Shown piece after piece: positions 12,800 through 25,269 of a stretch of 64,000 nucleotides of DNA (position 1 is the stretch's first letter; the number at the start of each line of letters is the position of its first letter). A program made the translations under genes and the position numbers. This DNA is from Podarcis melisellensis (Eukaryota). The stretch is taken from assembly GCA_964234715.1 (NCBI GenBank), contig OZ174278.1. One strand, 5' to 3'. The notes below the pieces were generated by a model that saw only the letters and a list, made by a program, of their open reading frames with translations, did not search any database and was not told the origin of the DNA.

Positions 12800-13095
12800 T
12801 TACTAAGGAGAGAGCTTTTTCAATGGTGGTTCCTGGATAATGGCATGCCCTCCCCAACAAATCTCACCTGGTGACTACATTAAGATCCTTTCACCACCAC
12901 GTTAAGTCAAGACCATTTTATTCTTCCAGGAATTTTGGTTTTTTGCCCTTGGAACAGGCAATTGTATTGGGTTTTTAATGCTGTTTATACTGTTTGTGCA
13001 AGTTTTTAAGCAGAAAACTGAATGCCTTTTTTTTTTAGTGGTTTTAATTGAACTCTGTGTGGATCTCCCAGACAAATTTTCCAAATATATAAATG
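12800..13095 (+). mobile_element. L2 LINE 3' end remnant
   Basis: gagagctttttcaatggtggttcctggataatggcatgccctcccc (RAFS.V.P.LW..LP) followed by a T-rich tail. Confidence 0.55.
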
Positions 13096-14259
13096 ATATC
13101 ACACCATCATAGCACATTTATATCACGGCGAGGGTGAAAGCAGTCTGGTCTCAACCGCTGGCCACAGAGAGAACTGAAAGCCACTGGTAAATTCCACAAC
13201 TTCTATCCAAGCAAGAACACCAGAAAAGGAAGAGCAGCCTGGACCCATCAAGATATAAATTCCTGGTTTCGGGTCATCTCTTTGTTGTGGTGCTGTCAAA
13301 CTGATCTTCCTCCCTTACCTTCCACTTCCTTTTGTGTGTCTTTGTAGTTTTTAAGTGCAGGGGATGTGTCTTGTTTCCATTTTTGCATAGTGCTTGCCAC
13401 TAGCACAATATTAAGCTTTTTAAAATTTTTGATAGATGCAAGCTGTTTGAAGATACTCCCCCCGAAAAGTGGAATGAAACAAGCAATGTGTATAATTCAG
13501 AGTATTTACTGCATCGAGGAGCATAGAGAAGGGCTGCACAACAAACAAGTTAACTTCCCAAAGTAAAAAAAAAAAGAGATTAAAAATAGTCATCAAGAAA
13601 TTGCTGCAAGAATTTGTCCATGCTGCACAGGGAACTGACAGTAACTACCAGACCTAGTAATGCTAAAATGAAACCTTATATTTATATATATTCTTTTTTA
13701 TCCTGTAGGATGCCAAAATGATAACATAGCCTGGCATAAAAATTACAGCATGCAGAATCATAGCTTTTTAAGGCTGAAATGCAGCCTTCCCCGGGGGCTG
13801 AACGTGGCAACTCTATAGCAGTGGAAGAGATAAATTAAGAAATATCATATCAAATTGAAAATGGAGAACTACGAGCTGAAAGAAGCCAGATCAGAGTTAT
13901 ATCCTGCCTTTAGAACACACACAGACATTCCATTGCATTTTTTAATAACCACAAAAGCCAAGCAATCCTCCCCCCCCACCCACAGCACACCCGCTGCCTC
14001 TGATAACACAGAAGTATTGACTCCACATTTTGGGAGGCCATAGAGGGCAAGATGCCATTAGTGGCTCCCCCTCCCTCCTTGCTATCCTAGTTCCCAGTGT
14101 ATTCTCCCATTACTCCTTATTACAAAAAGTGTGATTTCCAGGGGAAAGCGGGTTTGTTTTGCATGAGCATCAAGTCAACTTCAATTGCACAACTTGAATT
14201 TGCCAGTATGCAACTGAATTCCACTTGAATACATAGGCAACGTGGAAGGACTCAGGGTA

Positions 14260-14562
14260 AACTATGGAATTTGCTCATAGCCACCAGTTTGGATGACATT
14301 AAGTGGATATTAGACAAATGCATGAAGGATAACCCTAAGAATAGCTACTAGCCATCAGGGCTGAATACTGCCTCCAGTATCAGAGGAGGAATGTCTCTGA
14401 TTACCAGTTGCTGGGAACCTGAGAACAAGTGGGGCAAAGTGTTTTTTGCAGTTATGTTTTGCTTGCTGGCTTCCCATAGGCATCCAGTTGGCTCCTGTGA
14501 AAACAGGATGCTGGACTAGCTGGACCTTTGCTCTGTTCCAGGGCATTCCTTATGTTCTTATG
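14260..14562 (+). mobile_element. CR1 LINE 3' end with squamate-type 3' UTR
   Basis: ttagacaaatgcatgaaggata ... aggatgctggactag...ggacctttg ... ccttatgttcttatg terminal repeat. Confidence 0.85.
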
Positions 14563-15639
14563 TAGAAGATGCTTAAAAACATGACAAGACCCTGCCCTCC
14601 CTCACCACACCACCTCTCCACAATATAAACACCTCCATTAGTTATTATACATTAATTTTCCCCTGTCTTTCTACCAAGCATATTCAAGGCAGCTTACAAC
14701 AGTAAAATCAATAAAACCAAATAAACAATGTAATAGCCACAACTTAAATCTAATAACACTAAGATAGACTAGGACAGTATATTAAAACAGTAGCAGCAGT
14801 AGTTTATGACGGGCTTTCCTGCACTGGCTTTTCCCAAAGGTGCACTGAGCTTTGGTGTCAGATGTGAACATTTAGAATGCGACCTCTAGTTCAAAACCTG
14901 TAAAACCCCAGAGGCATCTCCATATATCCTTGGGCAATCCACCTTCCCCCTGGCATGCACAGTAGGCTAACGAACTGGGCTACTTTAAATGAGTTACAGC
15001 ACTGCTGGGTTGCGCAGTGTACACTCTCACATTATGTGTGTGTTTCCCTTTGCCAGATGGAATAGATGGATTCAATACGCCTGGCAGGGACAGAAGCTCG
15101 TGGGGGTTAATTAATGAGCTTTTCTGTATGCCCTGGGCACCATCATGCTAGAACATAAATGAAAATGTCACAAGATGAGCAGGGATTTGTTGTTTTGCTC
15201 TAGCAGTATGGCTAAAGATGGGTGCTCCAATAGGGGGGCCTTTTTAGAAGACACATCAGAGAAGGCAGCACAACATGGAGACAGGTACACCTTTAAAAGT
15301 TTAGGGAATTGTGGAGCAGAGAACTAATGACAGACCATGAGCAGCATCAGCATAGATAGTATGGCCAGATGCAAAATAAAGGGCAGGACTCTTGCACTTT
15401 TAACAGCTGTGTAGAAAAGGCAATTCCAGCAGGTGCATGGAAAGTTATATCTTCTGAAACCATCTTTTTTGCATGACTTTTAAAGTATAGGAATCCTATC
15501 ATCTTTTTCATCTTTTTGCTTAGCCTTATATTTCACCAAATAAACATACAAAAAAAAGGTTATTTGTTACACTGGACATGTCAACCGAGCAGCCAATTCA
15601 TAAACAACGTCACTCATACATTCAATGTTGATGCATAAT

Positions 15640-15776
15640 GGAAAGAGGCATAGCTCAATGGTAGAGCTCAAGCTTTGCATTCAAGAAGTGGCACAGATTC
15701 AATCCCTTGCATCTCCAGGTAAAACTGGAGAAAACCACTGTCTGAACCCTTGGATATCCACAGTCACTCATTTTAG
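15640..15776 (+). mobile_element. Squam3-like SINE, 5' part (3' part at about 16266-16330)
   Basis: atagctcaatggtagagc (A box), gattcaatccc (B box), gcatctccaggt...tgtctgaacccttgga. The sequence resumes as gtagacaatactga after two insertions. Confidence 0.8.
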
Positions 15777-15905
15777 CAAACTGGTCTTCAACAGCTGGGT
15801 TCCACTGGGTGACAGCACTGCTATCATTCAAATATATGGCTAAAAATTTAAAAGTGTGTTTGGGCTAAAGGCGGGCCCCAGGTATTAAAAGGCTGAACAC
15901 TGCTG
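15777..15905. mobile_element. Short degenerate hAT MITE inserted in the SINE
   Basis: ctggtcttcaac ... aaaggctgaacactgctg degenerate inverted termini, followed by the gtgta(gac) target. Confidence 0.55.
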
Positions 15906-15907
15906 GT

Positions 15908-16267
15908 GTAAAGGTAAAAGTAAAGGACCCCTGGATGGTTAACTCCGGTCAAAGGTGACTATGGGGTTGCGGCACTCATCTTGCTTTCAGGCCAAGGGAG
16001 CCGGCATTTGTCCACAGACACCTTTCCGGGTCATGTGGCCAGCATGACTAAACCGCTTCTGGCACAATGGGACACCTTGACAGAAATGAGAACGCATGGA
16101 AACGCCGTTTACCTTCCCGCCACAGCGATACCTATTTATCTACTAGCACAGGCATGCTTTCAAACTGCTGGGTTGGCAGGAGCTGGGACAGAGCAAAGGG
16201 AGCTTACTCCGTTGTGGGGATTCAAACCACCAACCTTCTGATCGGCAAGCCCAAGAGGCTCAGTGGT
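15908..16267 (-). mobile_element. Sauria SINE (Squam1, lacertid type), slightly 5'-truncated
   Basis: (gtaaag)n tail, ccgggtcatgtggccagcatgact, cctatttatctact and ggattcaaacc. Reverse complement of the copy at 47519-47880. Confidence 0.95.
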
Positions 16268-17629
16268 AGACAATACTGAACAAGGCGGATGAGTGGTCTC
16301 TGACTTGGTATAAAGCAGGATGCTATGTTTCACAGGAAACAGACATCTGGTATTAATTTTTAAAAACTTTTCTCACCTCAAGGAGCATTTCTCCCTGCTA
16401 CCTCCTGTCATTTTTCTTAGGTAAAAAGCTGAACCAAAATTTTCAGCTCAGATGTGCTATATACAGAAGATGACAAATATAAATGCACGAGGATCAAGAA
16501 ATTTGTCTCTGCCAATCTCAGGAACTTGATGACTTCCAGGTATACAAGCCCTGATCTTGAATCTCCCATGCACTCATTCAATCAACTGACATACTGTATA
16601 GCTTAAGGAGATTTAAAAAAACAAAACACCTTGCAACTTTAGTACCTAGATACTTTTTAATTATTTCCTCCTGTATTCCATCTAGCCATGTTTTCGTCAC
16701 TGTTTTTAGCAGGAATGGGGAGGTGCAAAAGCCAGAAAGATAACAGCAGCATTTTTTATTTTTTTAAAAAACAACAACAACCACACATGGAAAACTAGAA
16801 TCTTTAGACAGATAATGAAAACCTTTGTGTAAAGGTGAGAAGTATATCCTGTTCCCAACCAAATTGGTTTAGCAATCTTGTAGTAAAGCCAACTTCTTCC
16901 CTTCTTCCTTTGGTTCTCTGCCCCCCCCCCCTTTCTCTGCAGAGTTCACTGGTTCAGCTTTGCTGTTTTGGGGGTCTAATGTCAAGTCTCCTGTGATGTC
17001 ACTAGCAGTGCAGCTTTAGTATGCTGGGCCAATTGGAAGGCACATGCTAAAGTGAAGGTTATTATTGGCTTATTGCTGCTTCTTTCTGGGATGAAGCCAA
17101 GATGCAGGAATTTGCAAAGTTGCTTAACTCAGCGTTTCTCTTTTGGTGGAATGACATCTGTGCACAGGCAGTCTTTCTGTGCTAGGCACCTGTAGGTTCT
17201 TATAAACATACCCTTTAATGTCCTACAAGGTGCTTTCAAAATGTCACTTTAACCCTATCATCAAGGGGCTGATGGGGTGTTGCAGCTCAGCAACATATGA
17301 AGGGCCACATCTTAATCATCCCTGCTCTAAGGGCCTCCATATTTGTCATCAGATCCTTTCAAAAGTGAAAAATCCACTGAAGCAAAGGTGGTCTGATGTT
17401 GCCTTGACTGGATGCTAAACCTGGATAATGTAACACACCAATGCATGCAAAAGAAGAGAATTAAATAGAATAACTCTGTCCTGCATTGAACCTTCTGTAG
17501 AGGTAAACAGTGAGGATTTAGTTTTCTGCTGCCTGTTGCCTAAGCACTTTCCAGGAAAACTATGATTGCATCCACTTTGCCTAAAATTGCATGTTTTTTT
17601 GTATGTGTGTCTTTTTAAATAAATATCCT

Positions 17630-17900
17630 AAAGCACATTTTTTAATTTCCATTTAGATCTCGGATTAATATTTTATTTGTTAATTTGCCTTTAATCTCCT
17701 TGTGCCTCATTACCCACTGACTTTCACAGCCTGGAAATAGGACAAGAAGGGCGAAGGGTAGGAACAGACGGAGAGGGTGGGAACGGACGAGAGGGAAACA
17801 TGGCGAGGGCAGAGAGTATTGTTGACAGCATCTGATCCCCCCGATTAATGTATTTCTAAGCAGATTAACCGAATCCCAACTGCTCTGTGCCAGGTCTCTT
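17630..17900. promoter_or_regulatory. Putative conserved non-coding / enhancer-like block
   Basis: No recognisable repeat; clustered GGATTA/GATTA/TAAT homeodomain cores. Conservation untested. Confidence 0.3.
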
Positions 17901-18669
17901 CTCTAAGCTTCTTGCTCCACCATGTAAACAAAAAAACAAACAAAAACAAACCCTACAAAATATATTACCCTGAACAAAAACCCAACACTGGGGATAGGTC
18001 AAAATGTCCATAGTCTATCTACATTTATAGAAGAATCAACCTGAAAAAGGAACTTGTGGCAGGAAAAACTTGCCCCCCAAATTCTATATAAACCAAAATG
18101 AAACTCCAGATTTACTAAAAACGAACAACAACTCCACCCCCACCCACATTTTGCTGATTTTTGCCTAACTCCGTCCATAGCTGTCCGTCTCCAGAAATGG
18201 AAGGGAAATGCAGGGAAAAGAACAGAATGGCCCTAGTAGCAGCAGTGGGCAGGCAGGTCCCATGTGCACATGACAGTGAGTGACCTCATTTGGCTTTACT
18301 TATCCCTAACCCTCTCCATAGCAACAGCTAGGATGCTGTGGCAGGGGAGGGGAAAGAGCAACAGAAACAACCCGTTAAGGAATCACAGAAACAACAGCTT
18401 CCATGAAAAAATAATGAATCGCTGACATGCGGAGCCTTGTGTCCTCCTCAATGAAGTATTCAGTCTGAATGCTAATAATAAAGTTATCTGTGCTTTCTAT
18501 CTTTGTCACAACCCAGTGGGAGTAAGAAAAGAAAAATTGAACTGAGATATGTCTGCATGTAGTGGGGATGGGACCCAAGACCTGGGGGCCCAGAAGCAAC
18601 TTTCCAGCGCTCTCTATCAGGCCCTTGGGTAAGGTTACCAGATGTTTTTTCAATGAATCCAGGGACACT

Positions 18670-18694
18670 ACACACACACACACACACACACACA
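18670..18694. repeat. (AC)n microsatellite
   Basis: About 12 tandem ac units. Confidence 0.95.
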
Positions 18695-18728
18695 TGCACA
18701 GAGTCATGTAATCTGTCAGACACGACAT

Positions 18729-18990
18729 CAGAATTTTAGAGCTGGAAGGTACCTGGGTGGTGATCTAGTCCAACCCTTTGCTCAGTGCAGAAAGTACAAT
18801 GCAGGATGCAATTACAGCATCCTAACAGATGGTCATCCAAGCCTCAGCTTAAATATCTTCAGTGAAGGACAGCAGACAACCTCCTTAAGCAGTCTGTTCT
18901 GTTGAACAGCTCATACCAGGAGGAAGTTTCTTCTCGTGTTTAGAAGAAATCTGCTTCCCTGCAATGTCCACCCATTAGCTCCAGTCCTGC
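18729..18990 (-). mobile_element. CR1 LINE 3' end
   Basis: agaattttagagctggaagg...atctagtccaaccc...gatggtcatccaagcctcagcttaaa...ttcagtgaagga...aggaagtttcttc. Confidence 0.85.
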
Positions 18991-20069
18991 CGCCCATTGA
19001 GTTCTGCTGGGCAAAGCAAATGAGCTCAACTAGCAACACGTTTAGAAGGGGATAACCTACCACAAAGGCTTTAGCCCCCACCCCATTATTGTTCTGGATT
19101 GTACATTTACTTATAAATGTATAAGCAGAGACATCCCAAGATTACACAATTCTTGCCTCAGTGGTATGGATCTCAGCATCCTTTAATGCTTACCTCAAAC
19201 ACAAGGTAAACATTAAGCTCTCAGAAATTCTCCTGCAGTTTGGAATAGAAAACAAGTCTCTGCACATACAAAGAGTGATTTTGGCCTGCATTTAATTTAG
19301 TCCAAGTCATGGACAGCAATTACTGGTCATATAAGACTAAGCAAGTGCTCTTTCAAGGTCATGTTTATGACTTCAGAGACCATTGGCCAACCCCACTGAT
19401 AATTAAAAAGAAGTTGTGAATCCCCAGACGTTAGTTATCTGATCAACATTCTTTTAAATGTAGCAAAGGAAGGTCCGCCCATCACTGCGTATAAGTGAAT
19501 GGTTGTGCTTCCCTTGTTAGTGGGGTGAGAAGCGGAGAATTATATGGCTATACTTTGAAACAAAACCTAATTTACACCCCTGGCACTGCTGGGGGAAATG
19601 ATCCCCAATGAAAGGGGGAAGTACAATGTTTCTGTGTGCAGACAGGCACACAATGCCCTCCTCAGGTGCCTTGTAATGTCTTCATCCTGTTAGTAACAAC
19701 AACGAGCACTTCGCTTGTATAACAAGGGTTGATCCAGCTGTGGCTGTCCAGCAGTTCAATTCCAATTTGTATCTGTTTCAGGAATACCGCTCACCGAGGA
19801 TTGCAAATTGACCAGCCACAATTGATCAGTATGGTCAATGTAAAGGGATGACGACGTAAGCCAATAACATCTGGAGAGCACCATGTTGTCTACCCCAGTC
19901 TATATTATAATTGGTACCTCATAGAGACAATTCAGACACCATGGAGGTTGCAAAGGTCAACAGCTAAAAAACAAAGATTCCCACATAGTGGTTCACATAC
20001 AAGTGTAAGCTGCATTGCTGCACTGCCCTATGGAGCCACAAGCTACCTTGGAGCTGCCCTTTTGGTGGA

Positions 20070-20192
20070 GCGGCCATAGCTCACTAGTAGTGCACACATA
20101 CAGTGACAAGTATAATAGGAGGGGGAAGCTTGTGCCTGACATCTTGGAGAGCCATGGCCAGCCTCAATAGACAGCAGTCAGATGAACCAATC
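20070..20192 (+). mobile_element. Decayed Squam3-like SINE
   Basis: ggccatagctcactagtag ... gcctgacatcttggagagcc ... tagacag...gatgaaccaat. Confidence 0.55.
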
Positions 20193-20409
20193 GCTACATG
20201 GACCAATAATTACTTACGGTCCTTGTGTGAAGGCTACCAAAACATTTCAGCTTGGAGATTGAAGAAATGAATATTACTCCAGCAGAGTAATATGCAGTCT
20301 CATTTTGGATTATAAAAATTAATCCTTTCCCTCTCTGAGTATTATTCTCCATTACATTCCTCTCATTAAGTCTGTATCTGAACAGGAACTGATCAAACAT
20401 GCTGCCTGG

Positions 20410-22130
20410 TAGGGGTGGGCGATAAATAGATATGTTGTCCAAAACCGGTTTGAAGTTCACATTGTGATAATTGTTTCATAATATTGGAACTGGCAATATA
20501 TCACGAATCACAATGTGTGTAAGGACTGGCAATATCTGGTTTCCAACTATGCAATAACTTACCAGCTAAACATCACGATAACTCGCCGGCTAAACACTGC
20601 AATCTACCACAATGTCTGAAATAAGAATGGGACTATACAGAGGCAAACAGGACAATGTCCTGGCAACTGCTACTACTTAATGGTCTAAAATGGATAAATG
20701 ACAATATTATTAATCATCCCACACTCAGTTTCATTAGCAAGCAAGCCAAAATGCATCCCAACAGGACTTTCAGGGCTTGACTACCAAATGGTGGTATTCA
20801 GGACAAACCAAAGTATGCCGATATGTCAGAGTGAATACAAATAATCTGGGACTGCCAGCAGACCTGCTAGGAGGCATAAGCAGCAGTGGCAGAAACAGCT
20901 TGCCATGACTGCAGTACATGTCGGCAGTAGCGGCAACAACCTGCAAGGCCTTGTGGTGGCGGCATAATCAGTGGTGGCCTGTGAATCCTCATGGGGGCAA
21001 CAGGAGGGGGAAGCAGTAACAACAGCAGCCTACATGGCCTTGTGGCAGCAGAAAAAGCAGTGGCTACTTGTGAGGCGACAACAGGAGCTGGAGGCATTAG
21101 CAGTGGCAGCCTGCGAGAACTCACAGAAGTGATGGGAGGTGGCGGAAGTAGTGGCAGTGGCTTGCGAGGCCTTGTGGTGGCAACAGAAGTTGGTGGCAGT
21201 AATGGCAATGGCCTGCAAGCCCTCATGGCAGCGAAAAAATGAGACAGAAGAAATAGCGGTGGCCTGCAAGGCCTCGCAGTGGTGACAGAGAGTGACAGCA
21301 GTAACGGCACCCTGCAAGGCTTCGCAGTGGCAACGGGAGATGGCAGCAGTAGCAGCAGTGGCCTGCAAAGCCTCATAGCAGCAACGGGACATGTCAGCAA
21401 TAGTAGTGGCAGCCTGCGAGGCCTTGTGGTGACCCAAGAAGTGGGGCTTGTGAGGCCTCGCCATGCTGGCAAGAAGTGACGGCGGCCTGCAAGTCCACTT
21501 GGCGGTAGTGGGAGGCTGTGGAGGCTGTGGCCAACGCTGTAGCAGCCTGCCTCAGCAAGGCCTTGCAGGCCACCTCTGCTTCTGTCACCATCTCCTGCTG
21601 CCACCGCAACGACTCACAGGCTGCTGCTGCTGCTACTGCCACCACCATGTCAGGGCCTAGCAAGCCATCGCCAATTTTGCCACTGCCACAAGGCCTCGCA
21701 GGCCACCACTACTGCTGCCACCATGACAAGGCCTCGTAGGCTGCAGTCGCTGCCCACTGCCATGGCAAGGCTTCGCAGGCTGATTATTGTGTCACTGCTG
21801 CCAAGCTGCCACTTCTTCTACCCCACCCCATTACTGATTCTGCTGCCACCAGGCTGCTGCCGCTTCTGCCGCGTAGCAAGCTTGCTGGCAGACTGACAGT
21901 CCCAGATTATTTGTATTCAGTACGAATCATCACCAGACTTTGCGGAAAGTGATCATGAGGTGATTGATAATATAATCATTTATCAGTTTTGAGCCCTTAA
22001 GTAGTAGCAGTTGTCCTGTTCGCTTCTGCGTAATTCCTTCCTTATTTCAGATATCGTGATATATCAATATATTGTGCTGTTTAGCTGGTGATACATTGCA
22101 ATATTGAAAACCAGTTATCGCCCAGCCCTA
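20410..22130. mobile_element. Non-autonomous fold-back hAT DNA transposon (1721 bp) with long subterminal inverted repeats
   Basis: Termini taggggtgggcgata / tatcgcccagcccta. Perfect 8-bp TSD ctgcctgg (20402-20409, 22131-22138). Internal perfect 23-bp inverted repeat tgaatacaaataatctgggactg (20832-20854 vs 21897-21919). No transposase ORF. Confidence 0.92.
20880..21870. repeat. GC-rich degenerate minisatellite (~48-51 bp) that reverses orientation near 21500-21550
   Basis: Core cctgcRagg at 21110, 21161, 21212, 21263, 21311, 21362 and 21413. Reverse core ccttgcagg/cctcgcagg at 21561, 21694 and 21771. Confidence 0.9.
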
Positions 22131-25100
22131 CTGCCTGGGAGGACTATAATGAAACCGCTACGTGTTAAACACAAAGGCTGCCATCTCCTACTCTAGATTC
22201 AGAATGACAGAAACACAAGTCACCGTTTGAATAAGAGTGCCTTAGTTTACTTCATCCTAAAGTCACTGTTGCCTAATTTTCTCCCATTACGAGGGCAAGA
22301 GTAGAGCATGAAGCAGAGGTGATGGTTGAAAACGAGCTTTACAACAAGCTGTCTGTTTCTGTGACAAATCCTCCTTGAGAAGACAAAGCCATGCAAAAAA
22401 TTTGACAATAAAATCGTGACATGTTTTTTGTTGTGGTGCACAGCAACCAAAGACTTGGGTTAAACAATAACTTTAAAAAAATCTCTACTAAAATTGTTGT
22501 TGGGGCAGGGAAAGAATCAAACTAAATAATTCTTCACAGAGTTAGTTAAGGCTGCAAGGGAAAGATAAGGGTAAGAAAAAGCAAGCAAGCAGATGAGCTG
22601 ATGCCCTGGAGGAAATAAGAAAGGATTTGCAAATATATTTGGGGGAAAGAAATGCCAGAAAGAAGGTAGGCTCATTAATAAATTAAGATGTGGGTGAAAT
22701 TAATGATTCAAAAATGGCTAAGATATAGGGCAGCTACTTAAAAAAAAAGTATAATAAGAAAAACAAAGAAGCATAGGATGGATTAGAAGAGATTGTTAAA
22801 ATATTCTTTTAAAATGTTTGTTTTTATTTCTTACTGTATATTAATTTATGATGCGCCTTCCACATGAGCCTAAAGGTAATGTACATAAAAGCAACTAAAA
22901 ATAGTTCTTAAAGCAGTACAAAAAACTAACAAGGTAGGTTGAAAAATAACACAGAATAAACAGCTCTAAGTCCTTTTCTCCCAGCTGGAAAAAGTTGTTA
23001 AAAGAAATAAGTATTCATTTATTTCTAGAAGGTAGAAATAGTGGCCATGTGTCGAATCTCAAACAGTGGTGCTGACTGTTTCACATCATTCAGCCACCTG
23101 GTAAATAGCACTATTGGTTTCACCTTTAGTCTCCCTGTGGACCAGTGAAGTGGCTTGTAGTTCCTCTAGTTTTTAAAAAAATGGCTCTGTACTATGCTAC
23201 TAGAAAAACATAAACTTTGTTGGCAGACCAATGTTGTGTACTAGACCTGGTAGGCTCCTGTAAGCAAGTTCTAATGAGTCCTTGATGGAAACATGAGCAG
23301 CTACACCCCTAATCCTAACCACGGGGTCAGAGGTGTGACACCCCGCACAGAGAAATCAGCTGGCTTGTTTGGTCACTGAAGCTTGTCCACTCCTCGACTC
23401 ATTTGCATTTTGTATGTGGTTCAATATCTCTGAGCCTGCCAAGAGTTACAGAGCCAGCAGTGATGAATGAATGGCAAGGTTTCAAAGCCTTTCTCTGTGC
23501 AGTTCCGCCTAACGCTCTATAACATTTATCTCTTTGCTGTTTTGTTGGTGCCTGGAGGATCTCAGATGAATTGTGCTCTCTGTTACCCACCACCTCAAAG
23601 CTTGAAACTTTCTTGGAGCATCTTGGATAAATGCATTTCTTGCTTAGAGAATCCCATTGCAAGTCCTGTGGTTGTGCTGGAGACCCACGAAGCTGGGATG
23701 GATACCATAAGCTATAAAATAACCACATTCAGCTGAAAGACATTGTTCACAACTTGTAGAGCATAAGCACAATCCTTCACAAACATCTGCCGAGCAAATT
23801 TCACTGAAATAAATAGGATTTGCATGAAGGCACTACTGTGCTCTTGCACACATTTCCAATTCATTTCAATGGAACTTGATTGGCTGATTGAATTATTTTG
23901 CCCTCATTCAGTTCTGCAGACAGTGTTGCTGGTTGAGTGTACAAAAGTCTGTTACAAAGGGGACAAAACCTGGTGGGCGACAGTGTGGGAATACATAGCT
24001 GTATAGTAAACCTGTAGTAGTAATATCACTCTATGTGTTCATTCTAAAAATTTGGGGAAAGGATGATCCTGACATTCACATTTATGAAGATTCTTAAGAC
24101 GGAACTTAAACATAAAGAAAGCATTACATTTCAGATTCAGAATAAAGTAAACTTCTAAACACATTTTCAGCGACCCGGAAGTAAGTAGAAACATATATGG
24201 GATCCTTAAAATGTGAATTAACTGGAATTCCCCCCCCCTCAAAGAAAAGTCTTATTATTTAGTATGAAGACTTGGCATGTTGAACTTATTGATGTTAGTT
24301 AATTTTACAGTAGGATTTAATGGGTCAATGTTGCTTATATGGCCCTTGCTGCTGTTAATGCATGCATTGTCCCATACAGACTAGAAGGAGAAGCCTATTT
24401 ACATAATTTTAGCAAGAAACTTGATGATCTATGGAAGCCAACTTTGGCTGCTCCCTAGGTTCATAAGTTGCAGCTTTGGCAGGGGTATAGAAACAAATTT
24501 TCTAAAACTGCATGTTAGCAAAAGAGTCTCCATAAGATTATAGAAAAACAAACATAACAATGAGCTGTGTTCTTGGCAATTATTATCCTATAAATCTATG
24601 TTCTATGCTAGTAAAATAATAGAGCCTATATAAACATGAAAGAAAACTAAAAAGAGGAAAGGGAACTTGTGCACAGTAAAACTAGCAAATAGAAATTATT
24701 CCTACTCCTTAAGAGTAATTTACAGCTTTTCACATGTAAATTTTATTATAAATAATAATAAAGTATAAAATCTGCACTCTTTGAAAATTAAGACAGTAAA
24801 TTTTGGTAGTATTTGGGTAGTAATATAAAAGTAGGTTCTGGTTATTTCCTGCACTGCAATTTTAAATCAAGGAAGTTATCCCACCACTGTCTGAACAGAT
24901 CTACGTACATCTAGTCTCAAATTATTCCAAGAAACAGGGAGCACCCCAGTTTATTTCTGATTTTCTTGTGATTCTACAATACATTATTTTACAATTAAAT
25001 ATTTAAAACTGGGTGTGTGGGGCCAAGGTACCGCTGTTTCAACATTGTATGCTGCCTCTGCTAGAAACAATAGCCATAGCAAGGACAGGGCAGGAAATGC

Positions 25101-25269
25101 AGCTGAGAATAATAGAAGCATCTAGGCTAAGCTAAACGGTAAAGCAGTGAAAAGGTTGACCAAGGGAAATAGGAGAACATGCTCTAATTAAAGGGAAAAG
25201 AGTCTTGTCTTCCTTTGCATCTGGCCACCCTAGCACAATGTGAATGTCCACCAACACACCATAGCCTTG

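Noticed and set aside
15645-15720. tRNA gene-like sequence
   Set aside because: It is the tRNA-derived head of a Squam3-like SINE, has a degenerate cloverleaf, and continues into the SINE body.
20867-21739. Long overlapping ORFs on both strands (up to 245 aa)
   Set aside because: By-product of a GC-rich minisatellite whose period is a multiple of 3, inside a transposon. Low-complexity peptides with no domain.
20880-21870. Regularly spaced repeat cores resembling a CRISPR array
   Set aside because: The intervening sequences are homologous degenerate triplets rather than unique spacers, the context is eukaryotic, and there are no cas genes.
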